From: Squalus acanthias
Taxonomy: Eukaryota
Direction: 5' to 3'
NCBI GenBank assembly: GCA_030390025.1
Contig: CM059430.1
Span: forward strand, 68,200,001 to 68,264,000
Length of the DNA stretch: 64,000 nucleotides
The notes under the pieces are model-generated. The model did not search any database and was not told the DNA's origin. It saw nothing but the letters and a program-made list of their open reading frames with translations. Within the stretch, counting starts at the first letter, position 1. Each line of letters starts with the position of its first letter. Positions 11,908-25,600 of the stretch are shown here, piece after piece. The position numbers were made by a program, and so were the translations under genes.

Positions 11908-12470
11908 ATAGAATAGTACAGCACAGAAGGAGGCCATTCGGCCCATCGAGTATGCACCGGCACTTTCGAAGAGCAATCCATTTAGTCCCACTTCCCCGCT
12001 CTTCACCATATCCCTGAAATGTTTTCTCCTTCAAGTTTTTATCCGATTCCTGTTTGTAACCTGCAATTGATCCTGTATCCACCACCCTATCAGGCAGTGC
12101 ATTCCAAATCCTCACCACTCGTCGCGTAAAACCTTTTTTCCTCATGTCGCCTCTGGTTCTTTTGCCAATCACCTTAAATCTCTGCCGACTGGTTCTCGAC
12201 TCTTCCTCCATTGGAAACAGTTTATCTTTATTCACTCTATCTAAACCCTTCATGACTTTGAATACCGCTTTCAAATCTCCTCTTAGCCTTCTCTGCTCTA
12301 AGGAGAACAACCACAGTTTCTATAGTGTATCCACTTAACTGTATTCACTCATACCTGGAACTATTCTAGTAAATCTCTTCTCTGCCCTCTGCAAAGCCTT
12401 CACGTCCTTCCTAAGTGTGGTGCCTAGAAATGAACACGATACTCCAGCTGGGGTCGAATTACTCTTTTAT
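11908..12470 (-). mobile_element. CR1 LINE 3' fragment
   Basis: ORF 11906..12310 FSLEQRRLRGDL..FTRRVVRIWNALP; IRPQLEY upstream. Confidence 0.85.
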
Positions 12471-13069
12471 AATTCTTTAAAATATTTAGCGTTCCACAAA
12501 TAAAGCTTTGGTATTTCAATGTAAGTATATAAGTGCTGTGGAACGAAATCATTTGTCTATTTATGCCACCCATAAGAGATTCACGACATACCAGGGCAGT
12601 TACAGGTGGCAGTGGAGAGCTCACTCTATTCTATCTCAAAATATGCCGCATTAAATCAGCAGCAACAAGTGGGACATTGGCATTTCCTGTAATCACCATC
12701 CTTGTGTCCTTCCAACAAGTTTACCAATTTACTGTCAATTTTATGGTGTGATCCGACAATTGCAGTGAACTTACTCCAAGATATTCTGTCCAAGACCCTC
12801 ACCGAAGGCTGAATGGAGAGGCGTTGAGAATCAGTCCAGGTAGATTCAGTATCAAATTAGAGGTAACCGGACCGTGTGCTGTCGTAATGTATAAAACGAT
12901 TACACCTGTAACAATCTAGTCTTCACTGCATGACAGCATGCGCTCTTATTTTGAAAAAACTGACTGAAAATAAATGTTGTGAACAATGCGATGTCTCAAT
13001 GGTAGATATAGGAAATAAACTACAATCTTTGCTAAATAATTAGAAAAAAAACATATGCAGACGGAGAAC

Positions 13070-13655
13070 ATAACCAAAACATTCAGCAAGGATTTCTACA
13101 GGGAAGGTATCATGTTTAACAAAGCTTATTTAATTTTTCAAGAACTAACAGTAAGAGTAGATAAGGGCAATGCATTCGATGTGTTATACATGGATTTCTA
13201 GATCGTCTTCGCTAAGATAGGACATGAGAAACTCTTGACAATTTCAGTGAGTGTGGAGTCCTGCTCTTCAAATAATTTCCATGGGTTGTTTGACGTCCAC
13301 CTGACAGGAAAGACAGGGCCTCGGTCTAACGTCGCAGCCGATAAATGACACCTCTGACAGTGCAACACACCCTCAGCACTGGAGTGTCAGCCTAGATTAT
13401 GTGCTAAAGTCTCTGGACTGGGATTCAGTGGCAAGAGTGCTCGCGACAAGCCAATACTAACACCAGAGGAGAAAAGAGATATGGGGATTAAGGTACATGA
13501 ATCGTTTGAAGCAGCAACGCAAGTTCAGAAGGTCATAATGATTGCAAACAAAGTAATGGGGTTCATTTCTAGAGGAATAGAACAAAAAGCAGGGAGGTAA
13601 TATTGAATTTATATAGAACCTTGATAAGACCATGTTAAAGTGCTCTGCGAAGTTT
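13070..13655 (+). mobile_element. Degenerate CR1 RT fragments, interrupted by a SINE
   Basis: DKGNAFDVLYMDF at about 13160-13197 and LNLYRTLIRP at about 13602-13632. Confidence 0.55.
13260..13460 (-). mobile_element. tRNA-headed Deu-domain (SacSINE1-like) SINE fragment
   Basis: Reverse complement reads ..gcactcttgcc..cccagtccagagactttagcacataatctaggctgacactccagtgctgaggg..gacgttagaccgaggccctgtc..caggtggacgt, which I recognise from memory as the shark DeuSINE layout. Confidence 0.6.
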
Positions 13656-16600
13656 TAAACATAGAAACATAGAAGATAGGAGCAGAAGTAGTGTTGGGTG
13701 GGTAGTGTAATCTCCAGTCTACACTCACTGTGTTGGGTGGGTAGTTTAATCTCCAGCCCGCATTCACTCATTGTGTTGGGTGGATAGTGTAAACTCCAGC
13801 CCACACTCACTCACTGTGTTGGGTGTGTAATGTAATCTCCAGCCCGCACTCACTGTGTTGGGTGTGTAGTGTAATCTCCAGCCCGCACACAATCACTGTG
13901 TTGGGTGGGTTGTGTAATCTCCAGCCCGCACTCTCACCCTGTGTTGGGTGGGTAGTGAAATCTCCAGCCCACATTCACAGTGTTGGGTCGGTAGTGTAAT
14001 CTTCAGGCTGCACAAACTGAATGCGTTGGGTGGGTAGTGTAATCACCAGCCCGCACTCACTTACTGTGTTGGGTGGGTAGTGTAATCCCCAGCACGCACT
14101 CACTCACTGTGTTGGGTGGGTAGTGTAATCTCCAGCCCACACTCACTGTGTTGGGTCGGTAGTGTAACCTTCAGCCCGCACTCACTCACTGTGTTGGGTA
14201 GGTAGTGTAATCACCAGCCCGCACTCACGCACTGTGTTGGGTGGGTAGTGTAATCTCGAGCCCACACTCACCCACTGTGTTGGGGGGGTAGTGTAATCTC
14301 CAGGCCACACTCACTCACTGTGTTGGGTGGGGAGTGTAATCTCCAGCCCACACTCACTCACTGTGTTGGGTGGTCACTGTGTTGGGTGGGGAGTGTAATC
14401 TCCAGCCCACACTCACTCACTGTGTTGGGTGGGTAGTGTAATCTCCAGCCCACACTCACTGTGTTGGGTGGGTAGTGTAATCTCCAGGCCACACTCATTC
14501 ACTGTCTTGGGTGGGTAGTGTCATCCCCAGCCCACACTCAGTGTGTAGGGTGGGTTGTCTGATCTCCAGCCCGCACTCACTCACTGTGTTGGGTGGGTTG
14601 TGTAATCTCCTGTGCACTGACTGGATGTGTTGTGTGGGTAGAGTAATCTCCAGCCCACACACACTGTGTTGGGCGGGTAGTGTAATCTCCAGTCCACAAT
14701 CACTGTGTTGGGTGGTTAGTTTAATCTCCAGCCCGCACTCACTCATTGTGTTGGGTGGGCAGTGTAATCTCCAGCCCACACTCACTCACCGTGTTGGGTG
14801 GGTAATGTAATCTCCAGCCCGAACTCACTCATTGTGTTGGGTGGTAATGTAATCTCCAGCCCGTACTCACTGTGTTGGGTGTGTAGTGTAATCTCCAGCC
14901 CGCACACACTCACTGTGTTGGGTGGGTTGTGTAATCTCCAGCCCGCAATTCTCCCTGTGTTGGGTGGGTAGTGAAATCTCCAGCCCACATTCAATGTGTT
15001 GGGTCGGTAGTGTAATCTCCATGACGCACAAACTGAATGTGTTGTTTGGGTAGTAAAATCTCCAGCCCACACTCACTGTGTTGGGTCGATAGTGCAATCA
15101 TCAGCCCACACTCACTTACTGTGTTGGGTGGGTAGTGTAATCTCCAGCCCGCACTCACTCACTGTGTTTTGTGGGTAATCTAATCCCCAGCCCGCGCTCA
15201 CTCACTGTGTTGGGTGGGTAGTGTAATTTCCAGCCTACACTCACTCACTGTATTGGGTGGGTAGTGTAATCTCCAGCCCACACTCACTGTGTTGGATGGG
15301 TAGTGCAATCACCAGCCCACACTGACTGTGTTTGGTTTTTAGTGTAATCTCCAGCCCACAGTCAGTCACTGTGTTGGGTGGATAGTGTAATCTCCAGCCC
15401 GCACTCACTCACTGTGTTGGGTGGGTTGTGTAATCTCCAGCCAGCACTCACTCAGTGTGTTGGGTGGGTAGTGTAATCACCAGTCCACACTCACTCACTG
15501 TGTTGGGTCAGCAGTGTAATCTCCAACCCGCTATCAATCACTGTTGGGTGGGTAGTGTAATCTCCAGTCCACACTCACTGTGTTGGGTGGGTAGTTTAAT
15601 CTCCAGCCCGCACTCACTCATTGTGTTGGTTGGGTAGTGTAATGTCCAGCCCACACTCACTCACTGTGTTGGGTGGGTAATGTAATCTCCAGCCCGAACT
15701 CACTCATTGTTTTGGGTGGTAATGTAATTTCCTTCCCGCACTCACTGTGTTGGGTGTGTAGTGTAATCTCCAGCCTGCACACACTCACTGTGTTGGGTGG
15801 GTTGTGTAATCTCCAGCCCTCAATCTCTCCGTGTGTTGGGTGGGTAGTGAAATCTCCAGCCCACATTCACTGTGTTGGGTCGGTAGTGTAATCTCCAGGC
15901 CTCACAAACTGAATGTGTTGGGTGGGTAGTGTAATCTCCAGCCCGCAATCACTCACTGTGTTGGGTGGGTAGTGTAATCTCCAGCCCACACTCACTCACT
16001 GTGTTTGGTGGGTAGTGTAATCTCCAACCCATGCTCACTGTGTTTTGTGGGTAATCTAATCTCCAGCCCGGGCTCACTCACTGTGTTGTGTGGGTAGTGT
16101 AATCTCCAGCCCGCACTCACTCAGTGTGTTGGGTTGGTTGTGTAATCTCCTGCGCACTGACTGGATGTGTAGTGTGGGTAGTGTAATCTCCAGCCCACAC
16201 ACACTGTGTTGGGCGGGTAGTGCAATCACCAGCCCACACTGACTGTGTTTGGTTTTTAGTGTAATCTCCAGCCCGCACTCAGTCATTGTGTTGGGTGGGT
16301 AGTGTAATCTCCATCCCGCACTCACTCACTGTGTTGGGTGGGTTGTGTAATCTCCAGCCAGCACTCACTCAGTGTGTTGGGTGGGTAGTGTAATCACCAG
16401 TACACACTCACTCACTGTGTTGGGTTGGTAGTGTAATCTCCAACCCGCTATCAATCACTGTTGGGTGGGTAGTGTCATCTCCAGCCCACACTCACTGTGT
16501 TGGGTGGGTAGTGTAATCTCCAGCCCGCACTCACTGTGTAGGTTCGGTAGTGTAATCTTCAGCCCGCACTCACGCACTGTGTTGTGTAGGTACTGTAATC

Positions 16601-19600
16601 ACCAGCCCGCACTCACTCACTGTGTTGGGTGGGTAGTGTAATCTCCAGCCCACACTCACTCACTGTGTTGGGTGGGTAGTGTAATCTCCAGCCCACACTC
16701 ACTGTGTTGGGTGGGTAGTGTCATCTCCAGCCCACACTCACTCACTGTGTTGGGTGGGTAGTGTAATCTCCAGCCCGCACTCACTCACTGTGTTGGGTAG
16801 GTAATGTAATCTCCAGCCCACACTCAGTGTGTTGGGTGGGTTGTCTCATCTCCAGCCCGCACTCACTCACTGTGTTGGGTGGGATGTGTAATCTCCAGCC
16901 CGCAATGACTGAATGTGTTGTGTGGGTAGTTTAATCTCCAACCCGCTCTCTCTCACTGTTGGGTGGGTAGTGTAATCACCAGCCCACACTCACTGTGTTG
17001 GGTGGGTAGTTTATTCTCCAGCCCGCACTCACTCACTATTTTGTGTGGGTAGTGTAATCTCCAGCCCGCACTCACTGAATGTGTTTTGTGGGTTGTGTAA
17101 TCTCCAGCCCACACTCACTGTGTTGGGTCGGTAGTGTAATCTTCAGCCCGCACTCACTCACTGTGTTGGGTAGGTAGTGTAATCACCAGCCCGCACTCAC
17201 GCACTGTGTTGGGTGGGTAGTGTAATCTCGAGCCCACACTCACTCACTGTGTTTGGTGGGTCGTGTAATCTCCAGCCCACACACACTGTGTTGCGTGGGT
17301 TGTCTAATCTCCAGCCCGCACTCACTCACTATGTTGGGTGGGTTGTGTAATCTCCAGCCCGCACTGACTGAATGTGTTGTGTGTTTAGTGTAATCTCCAG
17401 CCCACACACACTGTGTTGGGCGGGTAGTGTAATCTCCAGTCCACTCTCACTGTGTTGGGTGGTTAGTTTAATATCCAGCCCGCACTCACTCATTGTGTTG
17501 GTTGGGTAGTGTAATGTCCAGCCCACACTCCCTCACTGTGTTGGGTGGGTAATGTAATCTCCAGCCTGAACTCACTCATTGTTTTGGGTGGTAATGTAAT
17601 TTCCAGCCCGCACTCACTGTGTTGGGTGTGTAGTGTAATCTCCAGCCCGCACACACTCACTGTGTTGGGTGGGTTGTGTAATCTCCAGCCCTCAATCTCT
17701 CCCTGTGTTGGGTGGGTAGGGAAATCTCCAGCCCACATTCACTGTGTTGGGTCGGTAGTGTAATCTCCAGGCCTCACAAACTGAATGTGTTGGGTGGGTA
17801 GTGTAATCTCCAGCCCGCAATCACTCACTGTGTTGGGTGGGTAGTGTAATCTCCAGCCCACACTCACTCACTGTGTTTGGTGGGTAGTGTAATCTCCAGC
17901 CCACGCTCACTGTGTTTTGTGGGTAATCTAATCTCCAGCCCGGGCTCACTCACTGTGTTGGGTGGGTAGTGTAATCTCCAGCCCACACTCAGTCACTGTG
18001 TTGTGTGGGTAGTGTAATCTCCAGCACGCACTCACTCAGTGTGTTGGGTTGGTTGTGTAATCTCCTGCGCACTGACTGGATGTGTTGTGTGGGTAGTGTA
18101 ATCTCCAGCCCACACACACTGTGTTGGGCGGGTAGTGTAATCTCCAGTCCACACTCACTGTGTTGGGTGGGCAGTGTAATCCCCAGCCCGCACTCACTCA
18201 CTGTGTTGGGTGGGTAGTGTAATCTCCAGTCCACACTCACTCACTGTGTTGGGTGGGTAATGTAATCTCCAGCCCGAACTCCCTCATTGTGTTGGGTGGT
18301 AATGTAATCTACAGCCCGTACTCACTGTGTTGGGTGTGTAGTGTAATCTCCAGCCCGCACAGACTCACTGTGTTGGGTGGGTTATGTAATCTCCAGCCCG
18401 CAATCTCTCCCTGTGTTGGGTGGGTAGTGAAATCTCCAGCCCACATTCACTGTGTTGGGTCGGTAGTGTAATCTCCAGGCCGCACAAACTGAATGTGTTG
18501 GGGGAGTAGTAAAATCTCCAGCCCACACTCACTGTGTTGGGTCGATAGTTGAATCACCAGCCCGCACTCACTGTGTTTTGTGTGTAATCTAATCCCCAGC
18601 CCGCGCTCACTCACTGTGTTGGGTGGGTAGTGTAATCTCCAGCCCACACTCACTGTGTTGGGTGGGTAGTGCAATCACCAGCCCACACTGACTGTGTTTG
18701 GTTTTTAGTGTAATCTCCAGCCCGCACTCAGTCACTGTGTTGGGTGGGTAGTGTAATCTCCAGCCCGCACTCACTCACTGTGTTGGGTGGGTTGTGTAAT
18801 CTCCAGCCAGCACTCACTCAGTGTGTTGGGTGGGTAGTGTAATCACCAGTACACACTCACTCACTGTGTTGGGTTGGTAGTGTAATCTCCAACCCGCTAT
18901 CAATCACTGTTGGGTGGGTAGTGTAATCTCCAGCCCACACTCACTGTGTTGGGTGGGTAGTGTAATCTCCAGCCCGCACTCACTGTGTAGGTTCGGTAGT
19001 GTAATCTTCAGCCCGCACTCACGCACTGTGTTGTGTAGGTACTGTAATCACCAGCCCGCACTCACTCACTGTGTTGGGTGGGTAGTGTAATCTCCAGCCC
19101 ACACTCACTGTGTTGGGTGGGTAGTGTCATCTCCAGCCCACACTCACTCACTGTGTTGGGTGGGTAGTGTAATCTCCAGCCCGCACTCACTCACTGTGTT
19201 GGGTAGGTAATGTAATCTCCAGCCCACACTCAGTGTGTTGGGTGGGTTGTCTCATCTCCAGCCCGCACTCACTCACTGTGTTGGGTGGGATGTGTAATCT
19301 CCAGCCCGCACTGACTGAATGTGTTGTGTGGGTAGTTTAATCTCCAACCCGCTCTCTCTCACTGTTGGGTGGGTAGTGTAATCACCAGCCCACACTCACT
19401 GTGCTGGGTGGGTAGTTTATTCTCCAGCCCGCACTCACTCACTATTTTGTGTGGGTAGTGTAATCTCCAGCCCGCACTAACTGAATGTGTTTTGTGGGTT
19501 GTGTAATCTCCAGCCCACGCTCACTGTGTTTTGTGGTAATCTAATCTCCAGCCCGGGCTCACTCAGTGTGTTGGGTGGGTAGTGTAATCTCCAGCCCACA

Positions 19601-20204
19601 CTCAGTCACTGTGTTGAGTGGGTAGTGTAATCTCCAGCCCGCACTCACTCAGTGTGTTGGGTTGGTTGTGTAATCTCCTGCGCACTGACTGGATGTGTTG
19701 TGTGGGTAGTGTAATCTCCAGCCCACACACAATGGGCCAGAAATTGATCTGGCTCTGTTCCCGCGGGTGTAAGGAGCAGGCGCGGTAATACATACCGCGT
19801 CTGCCGTTTCGTCTTTTCCACGGAGAAAATTCATCTTCTGGCTGATTGAGTGCAGGGCAGCGTATGACGTCACACTGCCCTGCAGCGCAGCGTGCGCGTT
19901 GCATCGCGTGCGATGTGGAGTGAAGACACGCCCATTAAGGTCTCTTTTCCATAGGCCACGCCCCCGATTTTTTTCTCCACTGAAACCATTGTACAGCTGC
20001 TGAAGACACAGTTTTCTCACTGTTTTAGGTGGAATTTGCAGTAAGTAGGATTTAAATGCATGGTTTTGTAAACTTTTAAAGATTTTTAGTATAATTTGAG
20101 TAATGTTAAACATTTGCAAAGAGATTTAAAGTAATTTAAATAGTTTTAAAAGCACAGAAATCATTTTTTTCAGAGATTTAACTGTTTATAATCAGCAAAC
20201 GAAA

Positions 20205-20861
20205 ATGGCTGCTATCAGCACTATCCAATTTATCAAAAGAACACAGAATTTCAGTGATGATGATCTCCGTACACTTCTTGACGAGGTAGAATCGAAACGT
20301 TCACGGATAATTGGAACTCAGAAGTCCAAGCCGCCGCGAAAAGGCCAAATGGCAGCGTGTAAAGAGGTTGCTCAAAGTGTGAGCGCAACCTCGACCATTC
20401 CACGTACAGCTGAGCAATGTCGCAAAAAATTCAGCGATTTATATCGAACGCTGAAGGTTTGTATAGTTATAACAAAAGTCAATGTTAAAATGTCTTAACA
20501 TTTAAAATGAAAAGCCTTGAAAAAGTGTTTGTTTGCTAAGCTGAGTTAACTGAAGTCACAAGATGCTCCCATAAATTTTTATGGCTTTTGTAGCCAGGCA
20601 AGTCTCATAAAATGCTAATGTCATCTTGATTGAAATGCTTTGAGTTGCTTACTGAGTCCTCTTGAAGGACTGTTGCAGAAACCCAATGTGGAAGTGCAGC
20701 TTAGTAAAATAAATGAGTCTCTTGAAGGACTCATGCGAATAATTTCTGCTGCAATTACTGTGACTCCATCAGAACCAACCTTACCTGCTCCCAGCGCAGA
20801 ATCAGTGCAGGTCCAAGAGCCACCAACGATGATGCAATCAAGAAAGCGCAAGAGACGTTAG
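20205..20861 (+). pseudogene. Harbinger A Myb/SANT-like DNA-binding gene (exon 1 20205-20456; C-terminal piece about 20640-20861)
   Basis: RTQNFSDDDLRTLLDEV...ACKEVAQSVS...RTAEQCRKKFSDL; donor AAG|gtttgt at the same position as the intron in element B; conserved W appears as C; middle exon not found; ends in basic RKRKRR. Confidence 0.75.
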
Positions 20862-21360
20862 GGTGTTGCATGTTCCACAATGCACATCCATTGACCCTCA
20901 GGAATAGTTTATTTGTGGTTAAATTTTTCAAGTGTTTAATTTTTAGTTTTATTTAAAACTTACATGTTTACATTTTTCTTTATTTATATATATATTTGAC
21001 ACTGAAACTGAAAGTTAGCTTTTCATTGAAAAAGTACAGCCTTTAGTCACTTTATAAAAATTCAAATTGTTTATTTTCACAAAAAAATTGAACATTTAAA
21101 CTTGTTTACATTTAGGAAAGAGTTATTTCCCATCTTGAATGTCTTTACTGCATTAACGAAGCAAAAAAGTTACTGAGAACTGTTAACAAATTTTTAAAAA
21201 ACCTATTTCTGTTTACGATTGTTTACAAAGTTGAAAAGTAGCTAGTTAACATTGAAAAGTTATAAACTATGTAAAGCAACAATGAACCTCAGAAGTCTGT
21301 AATGCTGCAATAAAAGAGCACTGTTTCACTTTAAATTGTGTCTGTACCTTTATTTGCCTT

Positions 21361-21541
21361 NNNNNNNNNNNNNNNNNNNNNNNNNNNNNNNNNNNNNNNN
21401 NNNNNNNNNNNNNNNNNNNNNNNNNNNNNNNNNNNNNNNNNNNNNNNNNNNNNNNNNNNNNNNNNNNNNNNNNNNNNNNNNNNNNNNNNNNNNNNNNNNN
21501 NNNNNNNNNNNNNNNNNNNNNNNNNNNNNNNNNNNNNNNNN
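21361..21541. other. Assembly gap (N run) inside Harbinger A
   Basis: N run. Confidence 1.
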
Positions 21542-21545
21542 GACA

Positions 21546-22696
21546 CTACCTCGTGAAGGTGTTGGCTACCAGCTGCTCCCGAGCAGCCTTACTTTGAGCA
21601 GCAGTTGGCTCTTCCCCATCATGCCTTCCCACAGGCACATTGGCATTGTCCACGTCCTCCATTTCTGCAGGTAGTTCATCTGCAGCGTTAAGGGTCAGTC
21701 CTTCCTGCAGGGCAAAGTTATGCAAAGCACAACAGGCCACCACAATCTTTGCCACTTTCTGAGGAGAATACTGCAAGGTCCCCCCTGACCTGTCCAGGCA
21801 CCGGAAGCGTGATTTCAGAACTCCAATTGTCCTCTCCACCACTTGCCGTGTGGACACGTGTGCCTGGTTGTATCTCTCCTGAGCCTCATTATTGGTCTTG
21901 CGGTAGGGAGTCATCAGCCATGGTCTTAGCGGGTAGCCCTTGTCGCCCAATATCCATGCGGATCCTGGAGGCAATGCGTTGAGGACGCCATATAAGTCAG
22001 AGTTACGGAGGACGAAGGAGTCATGATTACTTCCACGGTTACCTGCATTCACATTTAAGATCCTGAGATGCGCATCACAGACAATCTGGACATTCAGTGA
22101 ATGAAACCCCTTCCTGTTGATAAATGTCACAGGTGCAACCCTGGTGCCTTCAATGCTACATGGGTTCCATCGACAGCCCCAATCACTTTGGGGAATCCAG
22201 CAATGTTATGAAATGCAAGCGCCATCTCCTTTTGATGGCGAGCAGACAAGTCATACTTAATGAACTCAGAAGCCCTACGGAAAATGGCTTCTGTGACCTG
22301 GTGAATGCAGGCCCTCGCAGCATTCTTGGATATGTTGCAAATGTCACCGGTGCTTGCCTGAAAAGTCCCACTTGCAAAGAAGTTCAGTGCTGTGGTTACC
22401 TTCATGCTCAGTGACAATGCATTGCGGTTCTTCGTGCGTGTTTGAAGGTCCTCCTTTAACATCTCACAGATTCGGCCAATTGACTCTTTACTGAAGCGCA
22501 GCCTCCTCACACACAGCTCCTCCGACAGCATCTCAAATGACAGCCTCTGCCTGTACACTCTATTTGGTGGGTAGTAGTTTCTCCTTCTCTGGAGGAGACG
22601 GGCTTGGATCCTCCGTCTGATTAGTTGTCTGTATTCGAAAATTCTCAGATACGCAATCCCACAGAGGAGGAACAGGAATCGATTGCAAAAGGGCAT
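21546..22696 (-). pseudogene. Harbinger A DDE transposase (HARBI1-family) with one frameshift near 22135
   Basis: ORFs 22127..22696 and 21546..22130 join by a 1-nt shift (ALKAPG/APVTFINRKG); motifs AVDGTH, NRKGFHSLNVQ, HDS, GDKGY, VVERTIGVLKSRFRCL, CCALHN. Confidence 0.92.
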
Positions 22697-25600
22697 CTTT
22701 CTCTCACACAGGCTTCCTCCTCAAACTGAAAGTTGTAATGAAAAAATGGAAATAGTTGTTAAAGTAACTTTAGTTAAGTGAGTGGCTATAAAATCAGGTC
22801 AGGCTATGGTGGGATACGTGCGCTATCAGCTTGGGAACACATCTACCCGCCACACGGCCCTAGCTGATTTTCCAAAACTGTAACATTTTCATAAATTCAT
22901 ACATACATACATACATACTTACTTACTTACTCATTTTCATCTTTAAAACTTTTTGAAACGTAAACAGTTCATTTTTAAACTTTCATTTTCACAGATAGAT
23001 ACCTAAATATGCCTTGTACACACCCACAGTTGCTATACTACTCCAAATGGTCAAAACCCGTTTTAAAATTTTTTTTTTAAAACTCTTAACTTATATAAGA
23101 CTTCATTTAAAACTTTTGTGTCTTTCAGATTTAAAAAACTCACCTCAGTAGCCACACTCCCAAAGGATTTCTTCCTCCTACTATCTCGGTAAATGTATAA
23201 ATGGCTGCTGCTCCTGGTTTTAAAATGTGTAACTGCTAGGAGCTTACACACACTACTCTCATTCACAAAATACATGAATTTTCTGACGCACGCGCAGAAT
23301 CACCAGCCCACGCGATTACTCGCATATCCATGAAACTGACCAGACATGAAGTGCCGGTTTTCAGCGCATGCGCAGTGCATGCAGAAAACCGGCAATTGCA
23401 GAGGGAATACGCGAGTGTACGCAGTGCGTACTCTCGCGCACCAGGATGAATTTTTGGGCCACTGTGTTGGGCGGGTAGTGTAATCTCCAGTCCACACTCA
23501 CTGTGTTGGGTGGGCAGTGTAATCTCCAGCCCACACTCACTCACAGTGTTGGGTGGGTAATGTCATCTCCAGCCCGAACTCACTCATTGTGTTGGGTGGT
23601 AATGTAATCTACAGCCCGTACTCACTGTGTTGGGTGTGTAGTGTAATCTCCAGCCCGCACACACTCACTGTGTTGGGTGGGTTGTGTAATCTCCAGCCCG
23701 CAATCTCTCCCTGTGTTGGGTGGGTAGTGAAATCTCCAGCCCACATTCACTGTGTTGGGTCGATAGTGTAATCACCAGCCGGCACTCACTTACTGCGTTG
23801 GGTGGGTAGTGTAATCTCCAGCCCGCACTCACTCACTGTGTTGGGTGGGTAGTGTAATCTCCAGCCCGCACTCACTCACTGTGTTGGGTGGGTAGTGTAA
23901 ATCCAGCCCGCGCTCACTGGGTTTTGTGGGAAATCTAATCCCCAGCCCGCGCTCACTCACTGTGTTGGGTGGGTAGTATAATCTCCAGCCCACACTCATT
24001 CACTGTGTTGGGTGGGTAGTGTAATCTCCAGCCCACACTCACTGTGTTGGGTGGGTAGTGCAATCACCAGCCCACACTGACTGTGTTTGTTTTTTAGTGT
24101 AATCTCCAGCCCACACTCAGTCACTGTGTTGGGTGGGTTGTGTAATCTCCAGCCAGCACTCACTCAGTGTGTTGGGTGGGTAGTGTAATCACCAGTCCAC
24201 ACTCACTCACTGTGTTGGGTCGGTAGTGTAATCTCCAACCCGCTATCAATCATTGTTGGGTGGGTAGTGTAATCTCCAGCCCACACTCACTGTGTTGGGT
24301 GGGTAGTGTAATCTCCAGCCCGCACTCACTGTGTTGGTTCGGTAGTGTAATCTTCAGCCCGCACTCACGCACTGTGTTGGGTAGGTACTGTAATCACCAG
24401 CCCGCACTCACTCAGTGTGTTGGGTGGGTAGTGTAATCTCCAGCCCACACTCACTCATTGTTTTGGGTGGGTTGTGTAATGTCCAGCCCACACTCACTGT
24501 GTTGGGTGGGTAGTGTCATCTCCAGCCCACACTCACTCACTGTGTTGAGTGGGTAGTGTAATCTCCAGACCGGACTCACTCACTGTGTTGGGTAGGTAAT
24601 GTAATCTCCAGCCCACACTCAGTGTGTTGGGTGGGTTGTCTCATCTCCAGCCCGCACTCACTCACTGTGTTGGGTGGGTTGTGTAATCTCCAGTCTGCAC
24701 TCACTCAGTGTGATGGGTCGGTAGTGTAATCTCCAACCCGCTCTCTCTCACTGTTGGGTGGGTAGTGTAATCTCCAGTCCGCACTCACTCACTGTGTTGG
24801 GTGTGTAGTTTATTCTCCAGCCCGCACTCACCCACTATTTTGTGTGGGTAGTGTAATCTCCAGCCCGCACTCACTGAATGTGTTGGGTGGGTAGTGTAAT
24901 CTCCAGCCCGCACTCACTCACTGTGTTTGGTGGGTAGTGTAATCTCCAGCCCGCGCTAACTGTGTTTTGTGGGTAGTGTAATCTCCAGCCTGCGCTCACT
25001 GTGTTTTGTGGGTAATCTAATCTCCAGCCCGCGCTCACTCACTGTGTTGGGTGGGTAGTGTAATCTCCAGCCCACACTCAGTCACTGTGTTGGGTGGGTA
25101 GTGTAATCTCCAGCCCGCACTCACTGACTGTGTTGGGAGGGTAGTGTAATCTCCAGCCCACACTCACTCACTGTGTTGGGTGGGAAGTGCAATCTCCAGC
25201 CCGCACTCACTCACTGTGTTTGGTGGGTAGTGTAATCTCCAGCCCGCACTCAATCTGTTTTGTGGGTCATCTAATCTCCAGCCCGCGCTCACTCACTGTG
25301 TTGGGTGGGTAGTGTAATCTCCAGCCCACACTCACTCACTGTGTAGGGTGGGTAGTGTAATCTCCAGTCCGCACTGACTGAATGTGTTTTGTGGGTAGTG
25401 TAATCTCCAGCCCACACTTACTCACTGTGTTGGGTGGGTAGTGCAATCTCCAGCCCGCACTCACTCACTGTGTTTGGTGGGTAGTGTAATCTCCAGCCCG
25501 CGCTCACTCTGTTTTGTGGGTAAACTAATCTCCAGCCCGCGCTCACTCACTGTGTTGGGTCGGTAGTGTAATCTTCAGCCCGCACACACTCACTGTGTTG

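Larger units (their letters stand above)
19734..23460. mobile_element. Harbinger/PIF DNA transposon A, full span, AT-rich, probably defective
   Basis: TIRs gggccagaaattgatc and rc ggcccaaaaattcatc (13/16); 3-bp TSD AAT (19731-33)/ACT (23461-63); satellite register resumes exactly; convergent Myb-like and DDE transposase genes. Confidence 0.93.

Noticed and set aside
21331-21674. ORFs spanning the N run (also 48958-49450)
   Set aside because: Artefacts of translating assembly gaps
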